From a virus (Duplodnaviria; Heunggongvirae; Uroviricota; Caudoviricetes): a stretch of 64,000 bases of DNA. Below the pieces are notes generated by a model that was given only the letters and a program-made list of their open reading frames with translations, ran no database searches and was not told the origin of the DNA. The stretch spans positions 103,935 through 167,934 of IMG/VR virus record IMGVR_UViG_3300046642_001000; one strand, written 5' to 3'. A program made the translations under genes and the position numbers. Positions 1 through 8,600 of this stretch are shown here, piece by piece. The first letter of the stretch is position 1; every line of letters begins with the position of its first letter.

Positions 1-3
1 CCG

Positions 4-1593
4 GTGGCGCTGGAGAGGGTGGTGGTCAAGCGGGCCCTGACGAAGACGGGTGCGATCCTCCACCGCTTCATCACGCTCACGTTCACCGTCTTCCAGCCCG
101 AACGGGTCTTCGACGAGTCCAACGAAGACTTTGACGAGTGGTGGGCGCTCGTCCGTCCCGGGACGTACTTCATCCTGCGCTACGGCTGGACCGGGCAGTC
201 CAGCAACGACCTGCTCAACGGCAACGGGATCGTCGACAAGAACAACTTCGTCGAGGGCCAGCACGACGTCCTCTTCCAGACCACCACCTGGAACTTCAGC
301 ATCAACCCGGACGGTTCTCTTTCCTTTGTCATCCAGGCGATCGACTCGGGAGACAACATCCTGGCCCAGGTCCACCTGTCGGACCTCGACTACTTCTCTT
401 CCCCCGCCCCGCAGGGACAGGAGAACAGCACTTCCTACACCGTCGGTACGAAGAACACCATCAAGGAGACCAGGTCTCCCGACGGCCAGGCGATCATCAA
501 GAAGCTCCAGAACACCATCCACGACCTGTACAATCCGTCCGGTGGAGGACAGGGAACCCCCGGCGGGAAGGGCGGACGTGCGGTCCCGTTCAGCGAGATC
601 CTGAACAAGGTCTTCGCCCCGCTGATGACGAGCGCCGTGAAGGCCGTCGGCTACGACGACGTGCAGCTCTTCCTCGGGATGTTCAACCACGACATCGGAG
701 CGGCTCGGAAGGACTGCGGCGGCGTGATGCAGGGCAAGAGCATCGGGGACTTCCTGGTCCCCGAGTCCTGGTTCAAGGACCTCCTCGGGTTCAAGCGGGC
801 CAGCGGCCAGCAGCTGAACCTCATGGCCGTCTTCAAGAACCTGCTCAACTACATCCAGCGCCAGGAGAACTGGGCCGGAGCTGGCCTGACGGACGCCGAG
901 AAGCAGCAGGCGGAGAAGGCGGCCACCGAGAACGGGCAGGTCAACAAGAAGCTCCAGGCGACGGAGGAGGCCAGGATCCTCAGGAAGCGCCAGAGCCCGC
1001 CGGAACTCATGGTGAAGACGGCCACCACCCGGGACAAGGGAAAGCTGGTCTACAGCCTGTACATCTACGACATGAAGCAGCTGTCGGCCAGCATCGACTT
1101 CGATGACCGGCTGGACCCGTCCGTCAAGGTCGACGAGATCCACAAGAAGCTCAAGAAGTACAACATCCCGTTGGTCAGCTTCAAGAACGGGCTCTCCTAC
1201 ATCCAGGAAGCCAACTTCAGCATGGAACAAGATGCGAACATGCAACACATCGCCATCGAACGTGCTGTCGATCCCAACCGCTACCAGACCGTCGGCGTGA
1301 CCCACGCCGCCCAGGCTGCCGACGGCATCGATCCCCGTAAGCTCTTCCTCTCGTCGAACATCACGGGCCGGATCACCATGATCGGGAACTTCGTGTGGGA
1401 CACGTTCCTCCGGATCTGGCTCGAGTTCGGAGTCAAGCGTTGGGACGGACCGTTCCACATGATGGAACGGGAAGACACCATCGACGCCTCCAACTTCATC
1501 ACGACCGTCTCTGTCCGCGCCACCGGCACGGATCCGCTCAACACCCAGGGTGTTCTCAAGGACACCCAGCATCGCAACACAAATCCAGTGTAA
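4..1593 (+). CDS. hypothetical protein, possibly truncated at the 5' edge of the window
   Basis: 529-aa ORF open from position 4 with a GTG first codon; GC-rich codon third positions; no motif recognised. Confidence 0.5.
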   Translation: MALERVVVKRALTKTGAILHRFITLTFTVFQPERVFDESNEDFDEWWALVRPGTYFILRYGWTGQSSNDLLNGNGIVDKNNFVEGQHDVLFQTTTWNFSINPDGSLSFVIQAIDSGDNILAQVHLSDLDYFSSPAPQGQENSTSYTVGTKNTIKETRSPDGQAIIKKLQNTIHDLYNPSGGGQGTPGGKGGRAVPFSEILNKVFAPLMTSAVKAVGYDDVQLFLGMFNHDIGAARKDCGGVMQGKSIGDFLVPESWFKDLLGFKRASGQQLNLMAVFKNLLNYIQRQENWAGAGLTDAEKQQAEKAATENGQVNKKLQATEEARILRKRQSPPELMVKTATTRDKGKLVYSLYIYDMKQLSASIDFDDRLDPSVKVDEIHKKLKKYNIPLVSFKNGLSYIQEANFSMEQDANMQHIAIERAVDPNRYQTVGVTHAAQAADGIDPRKLFLSSNITGRITMIGNFVWDTFLRIWLEFGVKRWDGPFHMMEREDTIDASNFITTVSVRATGTDPLNTQGVLKDTQHRNTNPV

Positions 1594-1620
1594 GTTTTCC
1601 TTCCCTTTTCCTCCTGCACA

Positions 1621-1629
1621 TGATATTAT
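1621..1629 (+). promoter_or_regulatory. candidate extended -10 (TGaTATTAT) just upstream of the polymerase start
   Basis: TG-n-TATTAT lies 5 nt before the ATG at 1635, the same pattern as other promoters in this window. Confidence 0.3.
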
Positions 1630-1634
1630 ATGCA

Positions 1635-3074
1635 ATGGAGGAACTCGACCTGAGCTCTGTTCTCGACGCGGTTCACGGGAAGCCGGTCGTCCTGGTTCCT
1701 TTCAAGGATCAGGCCGGAGGGCGCGCCGTGGCCATGTTGGCCGGCACGGTGTTCGAGTTCGTGTTGGATCCGGCAGTCGGCTTCGTGAACGAGGTCGCCC
1801 GGGAAGCCAGCCACGTCGTCTGCTTCGAGCACCGGAACCTCGAGGACATCTGCACCTCGGGCAAGACGGTCTATGACGTGAAGATCCTCTATGGCGGGGA
1901 GCGGAAGCTCTTCGACCTGGCCCGTGACTACCTCGACCCGGACATGGCCCGGAACGTCCTGGACCGGGAACAGAACTACACCGCCCACGTCAAGGCCTGC
2001 AAGACGGCGGGGATCGACGTCACCCGTCACTCCCTTCTCAAGCTGATGCCCGCCAGGGCTGTCCAGTCACTCCTCAAGGTCCGGGCCATAGCAACTATGG
2101 CGTTGTTTGAGAAGGCCCTCCGGGGTGAGTCCTGCGACCTCGGAGAGTATGAGAGGGACACCTGGCCGTTCGCCCTGGCTCTCCGGCAGATCGAGGTCGT
2201 CGGCATCAAGGTCGACGTGGGCTACGCGAAGGAGAAGCTCCGGGAAGACCTCCCGAAGCACGAGCACAAGTTCATCTCTCAGATGGCGCAGTCGGACGGT
2301 TACGTCCGTACCCTCTTCAACCCGGCAGGCGGGAAGACCGGCCGCATCAAGGTCGAAGAGGGGTTCAACTGCATGGGCATCCCGCACGGCACGGTCCGCA
2401 AGGGGATCGTCAGCCGGCACGAGGGCGGGGAGATCGTGGCCTTCGACTACAACGCCATCGACTACCGGAGCATCGTGGCCTCGCTCGACGACAAGGACTT
2501 CCGGAAGATCTACGACGGGGTGGACGACTTCCACGTGAAGACCTGCGAGATGATCCTCTCGGGTCCGCCCGAGAAGCTCCGTCGAGACATCATCAAGTAC
2601 TTCTCCTACGTGTACATCTATGGAGGGTCGGACGAGACCCTCGCTTCGAAGACCAGACTGAGCATGATGAAGGTCCAGCAGGTGAAGCAGGTGATGGACC
2701 GGAAGCTCCGTCCCATCGCGGACTTCCGCCGGAAGCTGGCCGTGCAGGCCCGGGTGGACGGGTTCGTCATGCTGCCGAGCGGTCGGAAGATCCCGGTGGC
2801 CGGGGACGACCACGACGGCAAGATCATCGGGCTCTACGCCCAGGGGTTCAGCTCCTGGGTCTTCGAGCAGGCGTTGGTCCGGGTGGTGGCCTACCTCCGC
2901 GAGAAGCGGAGCAAGGTCATCTTCACGGTCCACGACGAGCTGGACATCGACATGCACCCCGAAGAGGGGAAGGAGATGCTGGTCGTGAAGTCTCTCATGG
3001 AGGCGCCAGTAGAAGGATTCACGTTCAGGGCGAACCTGAAGAGAGGCAGGACGTATGGCGACGCGACCGACTGA
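1635..3074 (+). CDS. family A (PolA-like) DNA polymerase, polymerase domain only
   Basis: motif A FDYNAIDYRSIVASL (like DYSQIELR), motif B RRDIIKYFSYVYIYGGS, motif C TVHDEL; no exonuclease domain; an alternative start is at 1620. Confidence 0.8.
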   Translation: MEELDLSSVLDAVHGKPVVLVPFKDQAGGRAVAMLAGTVFEFVLDPAVGFVNEVAREASHVVCFEHRNLEDICTSGKTVYDVKILYGGERKLFDLARDYLDPDMARNVLDREQNYTAHVKACKTAGIDVTRHSLLKLMPARAVQSLLKVRAIATMALFEKALRGESCDLGEYERDTWPFALALRQIEVVGIKVDVGYAKEKLREDLPKHEHKFISQMAQSDGYVRTLFNPAGGKTGRIKVEEGFNCMGIPHGTVRKGIVSRHEGGEIVAFDYNAIDYRSIVASLDDKDFRKIYDGVDDFHVKTCEMILSGPPEKLRRDIIKYFSYVYIYGGSDETLASKTRLSMMKVQQVKQVMDRKLRPIADFRRKLAVQARVDGFVMLPSGRKIPVAGDDHDGKIIGLYAQGFSSWVFEQALVRVVAYLREKRSKVIFTVHDELDIDMHPEEGKEMLVVKSLMEAPVEGFTFRANLKRGRTYGDATD

Positions 3075-3654
3075 AGAGGAACTCCTCAAGAACCACGAGC
3101 GGGTAGAGAAGCTGATCGAGCTGATGCCGGACGACCGGCGAGACCAGGTCCTGAAGATGATGGACGGGCCGGTCGGACTGACCTACTTCACGGCTCCGGC
3201 CTCCAGCCACGAGGAGTACCACTCCTGCTACCCGGGCGGTCTCGCCCAACACTCTCTCAACGTGGTCCGGAACCTGAAGAAGGTCGCGGACGCCCTCTGC
3301 AAGGGAAGATACCCCGACCACCAGCTCGCCTTCGTCGGTCTCTTCCACGACCTCGGGAAGGTCGGGGACGGGGAAAAGGAATCTTACCTCCCGAACCAGG
3401 ACGCGTGGCAGCGGAACCGGGGCCGTCTCTACGAGATCAACAAGGCCTGCCCGTGGATGCCCACCTCCGAACGTGGCCTGTACATCCTCCAGGACCACGA
3501 AATCAAGGTAACCAGTGACGAATATTTGGCAATCCGTCTGAACGATGGCCAGTACGTAGACGAGAACAAGCCCTACAGGGGGCGAGAACCGGAACTGGCG
3601 TTCCTGCTCCACACGGCGGACTACTGGTCGGCACGTCAGGAAAAGCTCGATTAG
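3055..3654 (+). CDS. HD-domain phosphohydrolase
   Basis: H..H ... LFHDLGK HD signature; its start overlaps the polymerase end. Confidence 0.6.
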   Translation: MATRPTEEELLKNHERVEKLIELMPDDRRDQVLKMMDGPVGLTYFTAPASSHEEYHSCYPGGLAQHSLNVVRNLKKVADALCKGRYPDHQLAFVGLFHDLGKVGDGEKESYLPNQDAWQRNRGRLYEINKACPWMPTSERGLYILQDHEIKVTSDEYLAIRLNDGQYVDENKPYRGREPELAFLLHTADYWSARQEKLD

Positions 3655-3717
3655 GGTCCAAAGACGGAGAGTCTCCTTACTTAATCTGTAGATCTACGCT
3701 CAGATGGAGACGATCCA

Positions 3718-4236
3718 ATGAAGATGAAGAAGGCGCAGCTGGAAAAGATCATCCGCGAGGAGCTCGCTCGCCACGTCGGTGGTCTGCTTCGGGAGAAGGA
3801 AGGGGAGCATCCCGACCTGGAAGACGCCGAAGGTGGCACCGAAGACGACATGTCCTCGGCCTCCGAGAAGCAGCCCGACAACACCGCGGGAAAGCCGCAT
3901 GGCAAGCAGGACGCGGCCCCGGCGGGTGATGACGAAGAGAAGCCCATCGGCGACGAGCCGGCCGACAACGACCTGGAGAAGCAGGCCGTCGGCGACGAGG
4001 GCGCCCCGGACGAGGAAGAGGACGACGAGGCCGGTCCGGAAGACACCGAGAAGGTGTCCGACGAGCTGGTCGGCAAGACCATCCAGTCCATCTCGGCCAA
4101 CCCGAAGTCGAAGATGATGCCCGGCGCCATGGAGATCGTCATCCAGTTCGACCAGATGCCGGACCCCCTGAAGATCCTGGTCACGAAGAGTGGCCAGGTG
4201 AAGTACTATTTCAAGGGTCTGCACAACGAGATCTAG
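3718..4236 (+). CDS. acidic hypothetical protein
   Basis: 172-aa ORF with a Glu/Asp-rich centre; a GGAGA Shine-Dalgarno lies 7 nt upstream; the upstream block ATGGAGACGATCCAATG resembles the cassette at 52582 and 57594. Confidence 0.5.
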   Translation: MKMKKAQLEKIIREELARHVGGLLREKEGEHPDLEDAEGGTEDDMSSASEKQPDNTAGKPHGKQDAAPAGDDEEKPIGDEPADNDLEKQAVGDEGAPDEEEDDEAGPEDTEKVSDELVGKTIQSISANPKSKMMPGAMEIVIQFDQMPDPLKILVTKSGQVKYYFKGLHNEI

Positions 4237-4239
4237 CCG

Positions 4240-4845
4240 ATGCCGTTCAAGAGCCAGGCGCAGCGGCGCTTCATGTACTCCCAGCATCCGAAGATCGCGA
4301 AGCGCTGGGAGAAGGAAACGCCGAAGGGGAAGCTCCCCGACAAGAAGGAGTCAGAGAACATGCCCGAGATGAAGAAGGTCTTCGAGAAGAAGGGTGAGAA
4401 GCACGACGGGCCGGGGACTCCCTCCAAGGTCGACTGCGTTCCGAGCCCCTGCTGGAACGACGAGTACCAGGACAACAACGTCCACGACGACATGACCGAG
4501 ACGGTCGACATGGCCCTCCTCAGGGACCCGGCCAAGTTCGTCCAGGGCGTCGAGAAGTTCATCGGTGACGTGAAGAAGGACGCCGGTCAGATCCAGCACT
4601 TCGCCAGCACCTACAAGCAGTCCACCAAGCTCGACGACACACAGAAGGCGGCGTTCGGCAAGATGGACTTTCCCCTCAAGATGCTCAACAAGTTCGCCGA
4701 CGAGCTCAGCCGGGCAGCCGGAGAGGCGTCGCAACAGTCCGGCACTCAGGGCAAGGGACCGGAGGCCAACAGGCCGACGGCCCAGATGCCGGCACAGAAG
4801 AAGCCCGGGTTCCTGAACCGGGTCTTCGGGAAGAAGGCATCATGA
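4240..4845 (+). CDS. hypothetical protein
   Basis: 201-aa ORF, tightly packed with its neighbours. Confidence 0.5.
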   Translation: MPFKSQAQRRFMYSQHPKIAKRWEKETPKGKLPDKKESENMPEMKKVFEKKGEKHDGPGTPSKVDCVPSPCWNDEYQDNNVHDDMTETVDMALLRDPAKFVQGVEKFIGDVKKDAGQIQHFASTYKQSTKLDDTQKAAFGKMDFPLKMLNKFADELSRAAGEASQQSGTQGKGPEANRPTAQMPAQKKPGFLNRVFGKKAS

Positions 4846-5207
4846 GCTACGATCCGTTCAAGGCATGGCAGGACTTCCAGCTCGGTCAAGAGGAGCGCCT
4901 CAACGGCAAGCTCCTGAAGGAAGACCTGGACGTCGAGAAGATGCACGACCCCGAGGACTACCTCAAGGAAGTCGGGGAGTTCATCACGGAGACCTCGGCA
5001 CACGTCAAGGCGCTCCAGGACTTCTCGCACCACCACGAGGTGCCCCGTACGAACCCCCGGTTCGGCACGGCTCTCGACAAGGTGGCAGCCGCCGTCGAGC
5101 AGCTCAAGAGCGAGCTGGCGAAGGTCAAGCTTCCGCCCGCACCGATGGAGAAGGAGTCCGCGCCGGCCGGTGGTGGCTACGGCGGCGGCGCTCTCTTCAA
5201 GAAGTAG
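4842..5207 (+). CDS. hypothetical protein
   Basis: 121-aa ORF with an ATGA overlap to the upstream gene. Confidence 0.5.
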   Translation: MSYDPFKAWQDFQLGQEERLNGKLLKEDLDVEKMHDPEDYLKEVGEFITETSAHVKALQDFSHHHEVPRTNPRFGTALDKVAAAVEQLKSELAKVKLPPAPMEKESAPAGGGYGGGALFKK

Positions 5208-5603
5208 ATGGAGCCCGGATCCATGAACGCATCAGACCACGCGTTGTTTACGTCCGCCATGGCCATCGCCCTGGTCCTCGTCAAGGTCCTCGAGAAGTGC
5301 TTCGACTGGGTGACCAAGAGGGTCAGCGGCGGCAAGGACGGCGCGACAAAGGTGGAGCTCGGTGACGAGCCGTCGCGCATGATCCGGGAGACCTACGAGC
5401 AGTCCAAGCACACGGACGAGATCGTCAGCATCCGGGACAACGACGGCATCCCCATGGTCTACACACCCCGCTCCTCCCTGGAGAACCAGCTGAAGATGGC
5501 CGAGGCTCTCCGTGACATGAGCAAGGACAACGTCTCCAGCTCCGAAGAGCTCTCCAGGAAGATCGACGAGGTCCTCGCCGAAATCAAGAAGACGCGGGTC
5601 TAA
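5208..5603 (+). CDS. hypothetical protein with an N-terminal hydrophobic segment
   Basis: 131-aa ORF; TSAMAIALVLVKVL is a likely membrane anchor. Confidence 0.45.
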   Translation: MEPGSMNASDHALFTSAMAIALVLVKVLEKCFDWVTKRVSGGKDGATKVELGDEPSRMIRETYEQSKHTDEIVSIRDNDGIPMVYTPRSSLENQLKMAEALRDMSKDNVSSSEELSRKIDEVLAEIKKTRV

Positions 5604-5615
5604 GGAGGGTCTTCC

Positions 5616-8600
5616 TTGTCCCGGCTCGACGACATCATCCGAGAGTCGCTCCGATCAATCTACGGGGCGTCTCAACCAAACTACTCAGGGCGTGCAGCCG
5701 GCGGGACCGGCGACAACCGGCATGGCGGTGGTGCGGGCAAGCCCGGGTACCCGGTGCCGGACGGTCTCGAGGACGACGAAGAGCAGCGGTTCCCCTTCAT
5801 GAAGGAAGGCGAGGCACCCTTGGCCAAGTCCCCCATCCCCGACGATGCCGGCGCCGCACAGGAGCCGACCGTCACCTACTCCGACCAGAGCGATCTCACC
5901 GAAGGCGGCAACGCCATGGGGACCGACCGTGTCCCCCGTGAGAACGTCGGACCGACGATCGAGGCCTACAAGAAGCAGGTCCTCTCCAAGGTCAAGCACA
6001 AGTCCGTGAAGCCCGTGGGTTCCACCGGCAAGAAGGCGTCCAGCGGGGACATCGACCTCGGCCTGGACACCGAACTGTCCCTCGAAGAGATCTCGGCCAT
6101 CCTGAAGAAGCTGGGGATCGAGCACAAGGTCGCCAAGGGACTGGGCGAGATCAACTCCAAGTTCCCGCAGTACACCCCTGATGGCAAGCCCACCAAGCTC
6201 TCCGCCCAGGTCGACCTGATGGTCGGTCCGGAGGCGTGGACCCAGTTCTCCTATTATGGACCTGGCGAGAGCGAGTCTAAGTACAAGGCGCTTCCCCGCA
6301 CAGGTCTCGTCCTCGGTCTCCTCCGGTACGCCACCGAGGAACCGCAGCCGGACGGCTCGGTCAAGTTCTGGTCCATCAGCCCGGCCAAGGGAGTCTTCCA
6401 GAAGGTCGGTCGGAAGGTCAAGAACAAGAAGGGCGAGGAAGAGTTCAAGTCGGACCGTGTGGACGCCACCAGCATCAGTGATCCCGAGGAAGTGGCCAAG
6501 CTCATCTCCAAGGGCACCGGCACGCCGTGGTCCGTGAAGGACCTGGCTGCGCCGTTCGAGCAGGTGTGGGCCAAGGCCAAGTCCACCATGGATCCGAAGA
6601 AGCTGGAGAAGGTCAAGGGCTACCTGAAGGGCTTCCTCAAGGGAGCCAAGCACGACGAGCCGTCGGAGCTCGGTGAAGCGAACGAGCCCGAGGGCGTCGT
6701 CTTCCGCGGTCTCCGTGGTCTCACTCCCCAGGAGCTCGCCAAGCTCGGCGGCAATCCGTCCCAGCCGAACGGCTCGGCGGTGATCAGCAAGGTCGACAAG
6801 AAGGGCTACTGGTCCGCCAATCCGAAGCTGGCCATGGTCTATGCCACCACCGCGGCCACTGCGGAACGGAAGGGCAACATCATGGCGATCCTCCGCGGGC
6901 GTTCGGACGCCGCGACCAAGGGTTCGGCCAAGGCGCTCAACCCCGGCACCCACGAGACCCGGATCGACAAGATCTGGTGGTCGACGGATCCGGGCCAGCT
7001 GAAGGCGGCCAAGCTCGACGAGGGCGGCGGCATCTCTCACCTCGAGGACATGAAGCCCCAGGAGTTCCTGCAGTTCCTGGCGAAGTACAAGGACCTGCCG
7101 CTCAAGGGCGGGCTCGAGGTCTCCGAGAAGGTGGACGGCTCCGCCCGCATGGAGTTCGGTGCCGAGAACGGAAAGCTCTGGACCAAGAGCAAGAACGGGA
7201 CTCCGAAGAAGTCTTCGAAGGAGTGGCCGGACAAGCCGATGTTCGCGGCTCTCAAGAACGCCCACAAGGCGCTCGAGTCCAAGCCGGTGGGACAGAACAT
7301 CCCGCCGAACACCGTCTTCACGGCCGAGGTCCTGTACACCAAGATCCCGAACTCCATCGAGTACGGTCCGAACGTCATCATGATCCACGGCGTCCACAAG
7401 GGCGACGCGGTCCTGTCCGACGAGGCCTCCAAGAAGGTGGCCAACGACCTCATCAAGAAGTCGGGCGGCCAGCTCACGGACGGCAAGGACCCGTGGAAGT
7501 TCGAGTACAAGCGGGTCATCAGCCCGGAAGACGTGATGGTGGACGTCAAGGAGGAGTTCACCTCCCTCGGACAGATCTACCAGGAGCTGAAGAAGCTCGA
7601 GCCGGACAAGCTGAAGGCGGCGGGCAAGGGCCCGTACAAGGCGGCCATGGAGCGCTTCTCGGCGATCCAGAAGGCGGTCAAGGAGAAGCTGGTCGGACAG
7701 CTCCGGAAGCAGAAGTCCTCCTACGGTCCCGAAGGCGGGGACGTGGAAGGCATCGTCTTCCGTGACCTGGAGAACGGCGCGCTCACCAAGCTCGTCGACA
7801 AGGACCTCTTCACGAAGCTCAACCAGTTCAACTGGAAGTACCGCGGTCTCATCGGCAAGGGGACCAAGGTCGACAACATCTGGCGGAACGGCGTCATCTC
7901 CGACTTCAGGAAGCGGGTGGCCACCGACGTCATCGGGAAGCCTGAGGCGGCCAGCACCGCCTTCGGCCGGCAGCTCTCTTCCCTGAACTCCGAGACAGAG
8001 TACCCGAAGGAAGCCGACACCCCCGAGAAGAAGAACGACTACCTGCTCGGACAGTGGGTGAAGAAGAACAAGGCCTTCGGCGGAAAGGACCCGGTCGCGA
8101 CCTTCAAGGCCGAGATCACCAAGGCTCAGAACGAGATGAAGCAGCTCGAGGCCGAGTGGGCCGCCGAGAAGAAGAAGGGGCCGACCGTCCAGCTCAAGGG
8201 GCAGACCCGGAAGATGGACCCGCTCGTGATGCAGCGGACGGACACGGACTTCCAGCAGGCCCACCAGTCGCTGGACGAGCTCCAGAAGGCCGCCGAGGCG
8301 ATCGGTGGGCTCAAGGGCGACCTGACCAAGAAGGTAGCCATCATGAAGCTCTTCCTCGGCCAGCACCGTCTGGAGAGGCTCCAGGGCGGCGGCGAGGAAG
8401 AGGCCGAGGAATCCGTCATGCGTGAAGCACCCGGAGTGGATTCGTACGGGGCCACCCAGCCGCAGACCGGCCAGAAGCCGACCTCGGGGTTCGACAAGAC
8501 CAGCGTCGCCCAGACCAAGACCAAGGGCGCGCCCAAGGCCACCACCGGCGTCACGACCGAGATGGCCCAGCAGATCCTCAAGAAGAACATCCCCCAGCTG

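Noticed and set aside
50-1106. Plus-strand alternative-frame ORFs 50..604 and 138..1106 (Arg/Ser/Pro-rich), and similar ones such as 6977..7765, 8054..8425 and 20659..21135
   Set aside because: Out-of-frame overlaps with better-supported genes; the compositionally biased translations are typical of off-frame reading in GC-rich DNA.
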